Source: Candidatus Sericytochromatia bacterium
GTDB taxonomy: Bacteria; Cyanobacteriota; Sericytochromatia; S15B-MN24; UBA4093
NCBI GenBank assembly: GCA_036676455.1
Contig: JAKFCW010000101.1
Location: forward strand, 5,211-69,210
DNA length: 64,000 bases
Direction: 5' to 3'
The notes under the pieces were generated by a model that saw nothing but the letters and a program-made list of their open reading frames with translations, was not told the origin of the DNA and did not search any database. Shown in pieces: positions 33,801-42,044 of this stretch. Every line of letters starts with the position of its first letter. The first letter of the stretch is position 1. The position numbers and the translations under genes are program-made.

Positions 33801-34378
33801 AGGGCGTGGCGTGGAAGGACTACGACCGGACCCTGAGCACCCTCAGCGTGATCGACGGGGCGCTCTATGCCGTCAGCGACAGCGCCCGGATCCATGACCT
33901 GCGGGAGTCCTCGTACCGGGCGATCGCCACCAGCCTCTACTACCAGTTCGGCCTGTACGGCTACTCGGGCATCCATGGGGATCCGTCGGGCTGGGGCCTC
34001 GTGAAGGGGACGGACCTCGTCTCGTACGGCCGGGGGGATTCGCACTCGACCTACGTCGTCGAGACGGCGCTCGACGGCTCCATGCATCGAACCTACCGGT
34101 TGATCGGCATCACGCTCGGAGGCATGGTGGATGACGGAGCGGGGACCGTTTATCTGACGCACGTCGGCCACGGCACGATCTACCGCCTGGCAGGCAACAG
34201 CTTCGCGCAGTTCGCCTCGGGGCCGTACGGCTCGCTGGATCGCATGTACGGCGGGATCTCGTATCACGGCGGCAAGATTTACCAGGCCATCTACACCAGG
34301 CACTGGATCGACCAGATCGACGCCACCAGCGGCGCCCGGACGACCCTGAAGCTGGGCCTGGTTACCCCGGAGTTGTAG
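30869..34378 (+). CDS. Giant lipoprotein, class A (A1): lipobox-CPRPL + CarboxypepD_reg-like + linker + IPT/TIG + about 800 aa of NHL-type beta-propeller repeats. About 1169 aa.
   Basis: ATG at 30869 lies 6 nt after GAGGAGG. The leader is MIDIRLLPAFRRFLAFALIMTLALALTAC-PRPL. Motifs are GATVSLIELTTGNTVSTTRTDADGKFLL, LYYFEAVKGL, RVRTIASY, MTTALSVVVSL, DRDPLRW, an IPT segment (ISYLDPPNAVALETIDLVGSNF...RITVRVPPTAVTGHVRL), then DGHSVV. NHL-like blades follow (LYVTDAANHKLYAV, LYVANAGANNVVAI, CYVSNHRGNSVYRV, LYVADRLTNGVYRIN). It ends LGLVTPEL. Confidence 0.85.
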   Translation: MIDIRLLPAFRRFLAFALIMTLALALTACPRPLTPPMGLPGDGSVIQAADHVEGRISFGFRHTQAGIKEDVAPGATVSLIELTTGNTVSTTRTDADGKFLLTYSNGFKPKSGDLYYFEAVKGLSGGTSAPNAAGSDAVRVRTIASYWSGGWVTLTSGNPGTSILISPMTTALSVVVSLRQATSKKLDPTALFGAIKAGRPAGGYPDTVQMSSPELVQMVQRAYDLVVGSLEKDRDPLRWIQLSSADLDFNTVTLPELPFSISYLDPPNAVALETIDLVGSNFEGEPVVDFQADGGQLARATELSVSSDLTRITVRVPPTAVTGHVRLSIGERTLTGPIFRLDTRDGHSVVDARGNLYAANRGLGTVAILEPVSGSDRTSVRSLITDLGEPSALTFGLSGFGALFVASTGGVVWNASLDVPLDAATPISFLSKASYSTGGAADPGGMAFRNKPGDPGHGVLYVTDAANHKLYAVRAGGGVAQLVTLTGVALSQPRGLSFGPDGRLYVANAGANNVVAITLTSDTTGTSEDFVSGFSMPWGIAFDNRGNCYVSNHRGNSVYRVPVTSEPGVTPIAYGNVGAFSSIPSPAGLDADASGYLYVADRLTNGVYRINTLAESQQIAFGMNAPTSTWVDADGLFLLTDSGRLLHSNKLDSTGVLKVVAQGLLTAKGLVRDTDGNFYTHQAALDAITQIRPDGSTVQVVVGVSTSDGAGLSIRGDKLYLRSNTSFDPGGDSYAVQGEVLEFTLVRGGDGKVSHVSGPTARLRTPVDKLTGLSGGGGTLYTMNPRTKTFFAMTVAGTTNQSVGRSSTMTRLKSDPSLADPKNLLVVNGKIWVADYAGGGNGSIRVYGLDGTFEQEIADIETPTHLAYDGTYVYANSYTGGYLRAFETTAPYAKVAARERTGFSNPRPFAFEGTTLYVNEWGPNRISKIDNYAASTVITPLLTQSDRNDLAVMAGTIYVTSGASVYRITDDGSGWTQEGVAWKDYDRTLSTLSVIDGALYAVSDSARIHDLRESSYRAIATSLYYQFGLYGYSGIHGDPSGWGLVKGTDLVSYGRGDSHSTYVVETALDGSMHRTYRLIGITLGGMVDDGAGTVYLTHVGHGTIYRLAGNSFAQFASGPYGSLDRMYGGISYHGGKIYQAIYTRHWIDQIDATSGARTTLKLGLVTPEL

Positions 34379-34388
34379 GAGGAGGCCC

Positions 34389-37300
34389 GTGGTGAGAACG
34401 CTTTTCGTGATGCTGCTCGCCCTGGTGCTGGCAAGCTGCAAGCTGCCTTCCCTCGTGCCGCCGCTTTCCTCGTCGGGAGTGGCGCCCGCGCGCCTGGCCA
34501 GCTCGACGCAGATCGCGGGCCGGATCGCCGCGTCGAGCGGAGTGCAGGCGAGCATCCTGGACATCGCCAAGGGCGCTTCGGTCGCCCTCATCGACGCGGC
34601 CACGGGCCTCACGCTCTCCACCACGGTCACCAATCCCGATGGCACCTTCTTCCTGCAGTTCGCAGAGGGCTTCGTCCCGGTGGACGGTCGGTCCTACATC
34701 CTCGAGGCGTTCAAGGGCATCAAGGGGGCGAATCCGGATTACAACCAGGCGGGCGCCGACACCATGCGCCTGCGGACGCTGCTCACCTACCGCGAGGCGG
34801 AGAAGGGCTGGGTGAGCCTGGCCAACGCCGTGCCGGGGCCGATCGACCTGACGATGTCGACCACGGCGGTTTCGGTGGCGATCGCCCACATGAGCCAGGC
34901 CGGCACTCCCGTGGATCCTACCCTCTTCATCGGCTGCTTGAACGGCGATGCCTACGACGAGGCTGCCCGCCCGCTCTCGCTGGTCGCCTTCACGGCCCTG
35001 CGCGCGGAGGTGGAGAAGGCCATCACCGAGGACCGCGACCCCCTTCACTACGTGGTCTACGACAGCAAGACCGGCTCGTTCCTGAGCTCGTTCGTGGCCT
35101 TCGCGGTCTCCGAGATCACTCCGAGCAGCGGCAACATCGGGACCCTGCTCGACATCCGGGGCGACGGCTTCACCTCCGGTCCGCTCGAGATGGTCACCAT
35201 CAACGGGACCCAGGCCGAGATCCAGCCCGGTACCCTCGCGGAGGACCGGGTGGTCGTCAAGGTCCTTCCTGGCACGCGCACGGGCCCCGTCTCGATCGTG
35301 ATCAACGGCGTCGTCCAGGCGGGCCCGACCTTCACCGTCACGATGACCGACGGCCACCGCTCGGTCCGCGGCGAGACCCTCTACGTGGCCAACCCCGCCT
35401 GGGGAACCGTGGCCGAGGTCAAGCCGAACGGCGAGATCCGGACCCTGAGATCCGGGCTTTCGACCCCGCGGCAGGCCGTCGTGGGCCCCGACGACCTGAT
35501 CTACGTCTCCAACGAGGGGGACAACACCGTCGTCCGCTTCGACGCGGCCGGGGGCGCCTTCGAGACCTTCTCGACGGCCGTCACCAAACCCTACGGGCTG
35601 GCCTTCGACGGCGCCGGCAAGCTGCATGTCTCGAGCCGGCAGGCCGCGGGCTCGGTGGTCAAGCTCGATGCCGCGGGCAATGCGGCCGCCACCGTCACGG
35701 GCCTCGCCCTGCCCGAGGCGATCGCCTTCAACGCGGGGGGCGACCTCTTCGTCGCCGAGGACGCCGGCTCCATCCGCCGCGTTCCCGCCGGAAGCCTCAC
35801 CCCGGAGGCCTACTCCTTCGTCGCGACCCCCATGGGCCTGGCGGTCGACTCGGCGGGTGACCTCTACGTCGCCAGCAACGACAACTCCGTCGTCTACCGG
35901 ATCGGGGCCAACCGGGCGCTCACGGTCTTCGCCATGCTCAACCGTCCCGGCGGTCTGACCTTCGATCCGAACGGCAACCTCTACGTGTCGGATACCGAGC
36001 GCAACCTCATCAACCGCGTCTCGCCCTCGGGCGACGTCCGGGTGCTCGCCTACGGCATCAGCATGCCGCGCGGCCTCGCGGTCGATCCGACGACCCACAA
36101 GGTCTACGTCTCCCTCAACCGCTCCAATGCCATCCTGGAAATCGACGGGGATGTCCTGCGGCCCTTCGTCACCGGCATCGCCAACCCGTTGACCCTCACC
36201 TACCGCGGGAGCGGCCTGTACATCGGCCAGCCCGAGATCGACACCATCTCCTTCGTCACCACGCCGGGAGGCCGCCTCTCCACCGTCGCGAGCGGCATCT
36301 CCGAGGCCAGTGGCGCGGATGCCTCCGCGGACGGCACGGTCTACGCCGGTCGCTGGGGACGCGAGGACGCATGGCAGCCCAACCGCAACCCCATCTACGA
36401 GGGCGGCTTCCAGAGCCTCGATCCGCTGGGCGTCCTCCAGCCCATCCGCTATCCCTACGTCCGAAAGACCCGCTTCCGGGCCATCGCGCCGGACGACACC
36501 GTCTACGAATCGAGCCACGACGAGCGGACGATCGCGAAGATCACCCCGCATGCCAACGGCTCGCGCACGGTCGAGCAGCTTTGGCGCTCGGACACCGAGC
36601 GCCCTCGCCACATCGTCCTGGACGCCTCCGGCAACCTCTACGTCTCCTTCCTCGATCAGGACAAGGTCGTGCGCTTCCGCCCGCCAGCCTACGCTCCGGA
36701 AGCGATCACGGGCTTCAGCCAGCCCTTCGGCCTGGCCTTGCACCCGGGGGCCGACGCCGTCAGCCTCGCGGACGACAAGCTCTACGTCTACAACCGCGGC
36801 AATGGGTTCCTCTCCTGGATCAACAACCCGTCGGTCGCCGCGACCAAGACCGCCGACTCGGCCGGCCCCTCGACCGGCATCGCCACCGCCGGGGACACCT
36901 ACGGGCTCGCGCTCGCCCTGAAGCCCGGAGACGACGGCGTCTACCTCGCGGCCCAGAGGAAGGTCGTGCGCTACGACATCGGCGACGGGCTCTTCGCGTC
37001 CTACCTCACCAAGGACCTACCGATCGCGATCACCGAGATCAAGGCCTGGCCCGACGGCACGCTCTTCGCTCGCCCGGAGAACGAGGACTTCGTGACCATC
37101 TCGCCCTCCCTGGTCGTGACCCAGTCGAGGCTGCGCAGCTATGGCGGAGCCAAGAACTGGAAGGACGACGTGGGGCGCACCCTCTTCCAGGGTGATACCT
37201 ATGGCCACCAGATCTGGAGAGGCTCCGAGACCTTCCTCGGCGCGCTCGGCCGGACCTTCGAGGTCGCGGTCGACGGCTCGAGCTACCTCTATCTCGCCGG

Positions 37301-37661
37301 GGCCGGGACCCGCGGGGACACGGGCACCGACTACGGCGGCCTGTTCCGCTACGAGCTCTCCGGGGCCTCTCCCAAGGAGCTCTACGTCCCGATCGGCAAG
37401 GGGCGGGTCTACTCTCTGGTCGTGGCTTCCGACCGCACGGTCTACGCCGGCTCCGGGGATCAGAAGATCTACCAGGTCGACCTGAACGGAGCCGTCACGC
37501 CCAAGTGGTCGCTAGGCACCCTCCCCTACGGCCTCGATCGCGATGGCGACACCCTCTGGGTGGTGGGAGAGAACAACCGCATCTTCTCGTTCGCGCGGAC
37601 CCTGTCCGAGGCGCTGACCCCGCCGTCCCAGACCTACGGCATCATGGAGCCCGTCTTCTGA
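34389..37661 (+). CDS. Giant lipoprotein, class B (B1): [15 protein letters not shown] + the same N-module + NHL-type beta-propeller repeats. 1090 aa.
   Basis: GTG at 34389 follows AGGAGGAGG, 10 nt after the A1 stop. The leader is [24 protein letters not shown]. Motifs are [60 protein letters not shown], an IPT segment ([22 protein letters not shown]...[17 protein letters not shown]), then DGHRS. Blades include [42 protein letters not shown] and [14 protein letters not shown]. It ends YGIMEPVF. Confidence 0.85.
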   Translation: MVRTLFVMLLALVLASCKLPSLVPPLSSSGVAPARLASSTQIAGRIAASSGVQASILDIAKGASVALIDAATGLTLSTTVTNPDGTFFLQFAEGFVPVDGRSYILEAFKGIKGANPDYNQAGADTMRLRTLLTYREAEKGWVSLANAVPGPIDLTMSTTAVSVAIAHMSQAGTPVDPTLFIGCLNGDAYDEAARPLSLVAFTALRAEVEKAITEDRDPLHYVVYDSKTGSFLSSFVAFAVSEITPSSGNIGTLLDIRGDGFTSGPLEMVTINGTQAEIQPGTLAEDRVVVKVLPGTRTGPVSIVINGVVQAGPTFTVTMTDGHRSVRGETLYVANPAWGTVAEVKPNGEIRTLRSGLSTPRQAVVGPDDLIYVSNEGDNTVVRFDAAGGAFETFSTAVTKPYGLAFDGAGKLHVSSRQAAGSVVKLDAAGNAAATVTGLALPEAIAFNAGGDLFVAEDAGSIRRVPAGSLTPEAYSFVATPMGLAVDSAGDLYVASNDNSVVYRIGANRALTVFAMLNRPGGLTFDPNGNLYVSDTERNLINRVSPSGDVRVLAYGISMPRGLAVDPTTHKVYVSLNRSNAILEIDGDVLRPFVTGIANPLTLTYRGSGLYIGQPEIDTISFVTTPGGRLSTVASGISEASGADASADGTVYAGRWGREDAWQPNRNPIYEGGFQSLDPLGVLQPIRYPYVRKTRFRAIAPDDTVYESSHDERTIAKITPHANGSRTVEQLWRSDTERPRHIVLDASGNLYVSFLDQDKVVRFRPPAYAPEAITGFSQPFGLALHPGADAVSLADDKLYVYNRGNGFLSWINNPSVAATKTADSAGPSTGIATAGDTYGLALALKPGDDGVYLAAQRKVVRYDIGDGLFASYLTKDLPIAITEIKAWPDGTLFARPENEDFVTISPSLVVTQSRLRSYGGAKNWKDDVGRTLFQGDTYGHQIWRGSETFLGALGRTFEVAVDGSSYLYLAGAGTRGDTGTDYGGLFRYELSGASPKELYVPIGKGRVYSLVVASDRTVYAGSGDQKIYQVDLNGAVTPKWSLGTLPYGLDRDGDTLWVVGENNRIFSFARTLSEALTPPSQTYGIMEPVF

Positions 37662-38032
37662 TGCGCATGCTCGTCACCCGCCTCGCCCTCGTCTCCCTCT
37701 GCCTGCTCCTCGGCTGCGCCGAGGATGACGGCTTGCTCGCGGGCCGCCCCTCCGCCCGGGCCTCGAGCCTCCCGGCTGACGGCTCGCCGACCCCCACCCC
37801 CACCCCGACCCCCACTTCGGACGCCACGGCGACGCCCACTCCGGCGCCGACACCGACTCCCACCCCGTCGCCTAGCCCCTCGCCCAGCCCGTCTGCCAGT
37901 CCGTCCCCCCCGCCGAGTCCCGCGGTGAATCCCACCCCGCCCGCGACTCCCGACCCGGAGCCCAGCGAGTTCCAGCCGGGCGAGGACGACGGGGGGATCG
38001 TCGGAGACGGCGACGTCGGCGGCGGGGCCTGA
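37661..38032 (+). CDS. Small Pro/Thr-rich lipoprotein (S1), 123 aa
   Basis: The ATG overlaps the B1 stop by 1 nt (TGATG). The leader is [38 protein letters not shown] / SPSPSPSP low-complexity region follows, then an acidic tail. Confidence 0.75.
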   Translation: MRMLVTRLALVSLCLLLGCAEDDGLLAGRPSARASSLPADGSPTPTPTPTPTSDATATPTPAPTPTPTPSPSPSPSPSASPSPPPSPAVNPTPPATPDPEPSEFQPGEDDGGIVGDGDVGGGA

Positions 38033-38192
38033 GCTCGTCGAAGCCCGCTCCCGAGGGACTCGCGTTCGCCGGAAGGACCTGCAATCAAGAAACTTCCGCT
38101 TTCAGCCTAAGAGGGCCCTAGTAGCCTGTCTGTTACCCCCTCGAACGTGTTGATGGCGCTGCGGAGTCTGGCGACCCCGGCGGGAGGAAATC

Positions 38193-38339
38193 ATGCGAGC
38201 CATCGCGTCATCGGGTCTCGCCGGCCGCGTCCTGAGGGGGGTGCTGGCGGCTTGCCTGCTGGCATTCGTGACGGCGTGTCCCCGCCCCCTGACCCTCGAC
38301 ACGACGCCCACCCCCGGTGAGGAGCTGCTGCCGTTCTAG
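38193..38339 (+). pseudogene. Orphan 48-codon ORF encoding only a class-A-type signal peptide and lipobox (possible gene remnant or leader peptide)
   Basis: ATG at 38193 follows GGGAGGA. It translates as MRAISSGLAGRVLRGVLAACLLAFVTAC-PRPLTLDTTPTPGEELLPF-stop. It is below the ORF-track size cutoff and was read directly from the sequence. Repeat family 2 copy c follows immediately. Confidence 0.5.
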
Positions 38340-38353
38340 ATCGCTAGCCGGTG

Positions 38354-38397
38354 GTTGCTACCGGTCAGCTTCGCTGCCTTCCGCAACAGCTGCGGGC
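38354..38397. repeat. Intergenic repeat, family 2 (copy c)
   Basis: gttgctaccggtcagcttcgctgccttccgcaacagctgcgggc. Confidence 0.7.
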
Positions 38398-38430
38398 GCT
38401 TCTCCTGCGAGGTGTATTCCTCCTCTCGCT

Positions 38431-38439
38431 GGGTATGAG
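38431..38439 (+). promoter_or_regulatory. Putative -10 element (GGGTATGAG)
   Basis: About 100 nt upstream of the A2 ATG at 38541. Confidence 0.25.
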
Positions 38440-38540
38440 AAAGTTAGCGCTTGTCCGGATCACGGACGTCAAACCGGCCACTCCTTCTTCCACCCTCTGG
38501 AACCTTGCATGGGAGTCGCCGGTACCATGCGGGAGGGTGC

Positions 38541-41500
38541 ATGCGAACTTTCGCCTCAGCGATCACTTCACGGCGAACCTGGCGGATCGTTCTAACGGTC
38601 TGCCTGCTGGCACTGCTGACGGCGTGTCCTCGCCCCCTCGTTCCCCCCGCCTCGACTCCCGGCCTCGGTGCTGATCCCAGCCTCTCGGCCACCGAGCAGG
38701 TCCTGGGCCAGGTGGACTTCGGCGGCCAAACAGTGCAGGCCGATATCTCGGACGACATCGCCCCGGGCGCCACCGTCGCTCTGATCGACGTGCAGACCGG
38801 GCAGACCCTGAGCACCACCCGCACGGACGAGAACGGCCGCTTCGTGCTCGTGTACTCCAACGGCTTCAAGCCGGTATCGGGAGGGCTCTACTACTTCGAG
38901 GCCCTCAAGGGCCTGAAGGGTTCCAGCGGGCTTCCCAACGCCGTAGGCGCGGACGTGGTTCGGGTCCGGACCATCGCCAGCTATCGCAACGGCGGCTGGG
39001 TCACCCTCACCAGCCGGACTGTCACCACCTCGATCCTCATCAACCCCATGACCACGGCCCTGTCGGTCATCGTCAGCCTGCGGCAGGGCTCCGTCGCTCC
39101 TCTCGACGTCAGCACCCTCTTCGGCACGATCAAAGCGGGCCGTCCGGAGGGGAGCTATCCCGACACGCTGGACCTGCCGGATCCCTCGCTGGTACCGCTG
39201 GTCCAGAGCGCCTACGACCTGGTCATCGACGCCCTTGCCAAGGAACGGGACCCCGTCCGCTGGATCACGCTCGATAGCGAGAACCCCAACGTCGTCCGCT
39301 TGCCGGACATCCCCTTCTCGATCAAGTTCCCGGATCCCGGCGTCCAGGAGATCGGCAAGGAACTCGATCTGGTCGGGGTCAACTTCGCCCCGGAAGCCGC
39401 ACAGAACCTGGTCTCTTTCCGCACCGACGGCGGCTGGATCCCCGCCACGGTCGTCTCGGTCCTGCCTGACCTGACCCGCCTCAAGGTCATCGTCCCCGAC
39501 GGCGCGGTCAACGGTCCCATTCGCCTGCAGATCGGCGACAAGATCCTGGTCTCGGATTTCAACTTCCAGCTCGCCGTCGTCGACGGCCACAGCGTCGTGC
39601 GCCCCTTCGGAGGCATTTCCTACCTCTTCGTCGCCAATGCCAGCCTCGGCACCATCGCCTACGTCTCCCCTTCGGGCGAGGCCACTCCGCTGATCAAGAA
39701 CCTCTCGAGCCCGCAGGCGCTGACCTTTGGCCCGGATGGATTCCTCTACGTCGCATGTGGCGGCACCACGAAGCGCGTCGTCCGCTTCGACGTCACCCTC
39801 GACGGCAACGGCAACCTCGTGCCGGGCATCCCAACCGATTACTCCGGCTTGCTTTCCAATCCCTCGGGCATGGCCTTTGATCTCTCCGACCCCAACCCCG
39901 ATCCCAGTCAGCGGCTCTATCCGCTTTACGTCGCGGACCGTGGCCTCAACCAGTTGCACCGGGTGGAGTGGACGGCGAACCGCACCGCGGTCCAGCCCAC
40001 CGCGCTCTTCCCCGTGGCAGGGCTCAATGAGCCGCGCGGCCTCTCCTTCGGTGCCGATGGCCGCCTCTACGTGGCCAACGCCGGGGCCAACAACGTCCTC
40101 GCCGTGTCCAAGCTGAGCGGCGAGAGCGAACCCTACCTCTCGGGTCTCGGCAAACCCTGGTCCGTGGCCTTCGACAGCAAGGGCAACTTCTACGTCAGCA
40201 GCAACACCGGCAACTCCATCTTCCGGCGCGACGCCGTCTCGGGAGTCCTCTCGGCCTTCGCGAGCGTCCCCAGCCCCGGTGGCCTGGACGCCGACGCCTC
40301 GGGTTACATCTACTGCGGAGACAACGTCAGCAACCAGATCTACCTGGTCAACTCGCTGGGCGAGACGCGCATGGTCGCCACGGGCATCAGTTCTCCGATG
40401 GGCATCCACGTCGACGCGGACGGCCTCTTCGTGGTGACCGGCAGCGGCCAGTTGCTCAAGGTCACCCACGACACCGGCTCTCTCTCCGTGCTCGCGGATG
40501 GCCTCACGGGCGCGGGCGACCTGGGCCGCGACTCCGCGGGCAACTTCTACGTCTTCCAGAAGAGCCTCGGTCGCATCTCCCGGATCACCCCCGCGGGGAT
40601 CATCAGCGTCTTCCTCAACGTCACGAACACCTCCGACATCTACGTCAAGGGCAACAAGCTCTACCTCAAGAAGACCAACACCCTACGCCCTGACGGCAAC
40701 TGGTCCGGCATGGGAGGAGTCGAGGTCCGGGATCTCTCCGACCGGGAAGTCGTGCAGGACTTGAAGGTCAGCTACATGCGCGATGCTATCGGCATGGCCT
40801 TCGATACCACTCCGGCCGGCGCCTACCGCGATTGGCTCTACGTGGCCAACCTCGACGATCGCTCGGTCGTGAGGCTCAAGCCGGAAGGCGACGGAGACCT
40901 CAAGCGGCACAAGGTCCATCGCTTCCTCGACCGCGTCAACGCCCCCGAGCTGGATCGGCCATGGGACGTCTGGGTGGATCCGGCCAGCGGCAACGTCTGG
41001 GTCTCGGATCAGGGCACGTCCACCGCCGATGATGGCCTTTACGTCTACAACTCAGCCGGTACCCGGATCGCGGACTATTCGGGCATCGTCGATCGCCCGC
41101 TGAAGTTCGGTTACGACGGCTCGCGCCTCTACCTCGCGAACTACGGAGGCCACGAGGTCATCCGGATCGACCCGACCAGCGGGGCCGAACTGGGGGCGAT
41201 CGCCGTCCCCTACCCCCGCTCGATCGCCTTCGACACGGCCAGCAACCGCATGTTCATCGGGACCTGGGACGGCTCGAGCGGCAGCCGCCCGATCAAGAAG
41301 GTCGACGCTTACGCCACCGCGCCGGTGATGGCGGACTACTACGACCTGCTGGCCTACGACCTGGTCTTCGAGAACGGCAACCTCTACACCGCCGCCGGCT
41401 CCTCCTACAAGATCTCCGCCGACCTGACCCGCCACGATCGCTTCATGTCCTCGCGATCCACCCTCTACGACTTCGCGCGCCGCGCCGACGGCAAGATCTA

Positions 41501-42035
41501 CCACATCACCCGCGACGGCCGCCTGGGCCGCTGGACCACGGACTGGGACGGGGAGATCGCCGCCATGATCGAGTACGCGGGAGGCGGCCCCGTGGTGGTG
41601 GATGGCCTCGGGAACTGGATCTCGGCCTTCATGACGGGCTGCTCGGCCAAGGACATCCTGCTGGGCCGGCTCGACGACTCCGACCCCGCCAGCTTCCAGA
41701 TCACGCCGATCCGCTTCGGAACGGACGACTGCTGGGTGCCGGAGGCCAACATGGCCAGCGACGGAGGCGACCTGGTCTTCATCACGGCCAACCCCAAGGC
41801 GGAGCTGGTCCGCTTCAACACCACGACCTACGCCTTCCATCGCCTCGGCAAGCGTTTCGGCATGACGGATCGCAGCCACGGCGTCAGCGTCTACAACGGC
41901 AAGGTCTACCAGACCATCATGACCCGCCACCAGATCGACGTCTACGACGCCAACGGAGCGTCCGGAGGGGAAGGGTCCAACCCGCCGGCATACCTCGAGA
42001 CCCTGCCCGTCGGGCTGGTCGCACCGGAGCTTTAG
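38541..42035 (+). CDS. Giant lipoprotein, class A (A2). About 1164 aa.
   Basis: ATG at 38541 follows GGGAGGG. The leader is MRTFASAITSRRTWRIVLTVCLLALLTAC-PRPLVPP. It has the same module order as A1 (GATVALIDVQTGQTLSTTRTDENGRFVL, LYYFEALKGL, VRVRTIASY, ERDPVRW, IPT, DGHSVV, NHL-like blades such as LYVANAGANNVLAV, FYVSSNTGNSIFRR and IYCGDNVSNQIYLVN). It ends VGLVAPEL. Confidence 0.85.
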   Translation: MRTFASAITSRRTWRIVLTVCLLALLTACPRPLVPPASTPGLGADPSLSATEQVLGQVDFGGQTVQADISDDIAPGATVALIDVQTGQTLSTTRTDENGRFVLVYSNGFKPVSGGLYYFEALKGLKGSSGLPNAVGADVVRVRTIASYRNGGWVTLTSRTVTTSILINPMTTALSVIVSLRQGSVAPLDVSTLFGTIKAGRPEGSYPDTLDLPDPSLVPLVQSAYDLVIDALAKERDPVRWITLDSENPNVVRLPDIPFSIKFPDPGVQEIGKELDLVGVNFAPEAAQNLVSFRTDGGWIPATVVSVLPDLTRLKVIVPDGAVNGPIRLQIGDKILVSDFNFQLAVVDGHSVVRPFGGISYLFVANASLGTIAYVSPSGEATPLIKNLSSPQALTFGPDGFLYVACGGTTKRVVRFDVTLDGNGNLVPGIPTDYSGLLSNPSGMAFDLSDPNPDPSQRLYPLYVADRGLNQLHRVEWTANRTAVQPTALFPVAGLNEPRGLSFGADGRLYVANAGANNVLAVSKLSGESEPYLSGLGKPWSVAFDSKGNFYVSSNTGNSIFRRDAVSGVLSAFASVPSPGGLDADASGYIYCGDNVSNQIYLVNSLGETRMVATGISSPMGIHVDADGLFVVTGSGQLLKVTHDTGSLSVLADGLTGAGDLGRDSAGNFYVFQKSLGRISRITPAGIISVFLNVTNTSDIYVKGNKLYLKKTNTLRPDGNWSGMGGVEVRDLSDREVVQDLKVSYMRDAIGMAFDTTPAGAYRDWLYVANLDDRSVVRLKPEGDGDLKRHKVHRFLDRVNAPELDRPWDVWVDPASGNVWVSDQGTSTADDGLYVYNSAGTRIADYSGIVDRPLKFGYDGSRLYLANYGGHEVIRIDPTSGAELGAIAVPYPRSIAFDTASNRMFIGTWDGSSGSRPIKKVDAYATAPVMADYYDLLAYDLVFENGNLYTAAGSSYKISADLTRHDRFMSSRSTLYDFARRADGKIYHITRDGRLGRWTTDWDGEIAAMIEYAGGGPVVVDGLGNWISAFMTGCSAKDILLGRLDDSDPASFQITPIRFGTDDCWVPEANMASDGGDLVFITANPKAELVRFNTTTYAFHRLGKRFGMTDRSHGVSVYNGKVYQTIMTRHQIDVYDANGASGGEGSNPPAYLETLPVGLVAPEL

Positions 42036-42044
42036 GAGGCCGCC

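Noticed and set aside
37780-37930. Regular-looking short repeats (cccaccccgaccccc...) here and at 27700-27740, 54840-54960 and 62455-62520. Considered as CRISPR-like or microsatellite arrays.
   Set aside because: They are in-frame Pro-Thr / Ser-Pro codon repeats inside lipoprotein genes, with no repeat-spacer periodicity of 25-40 bp. No CRISPR array or cas gene is present in the window.
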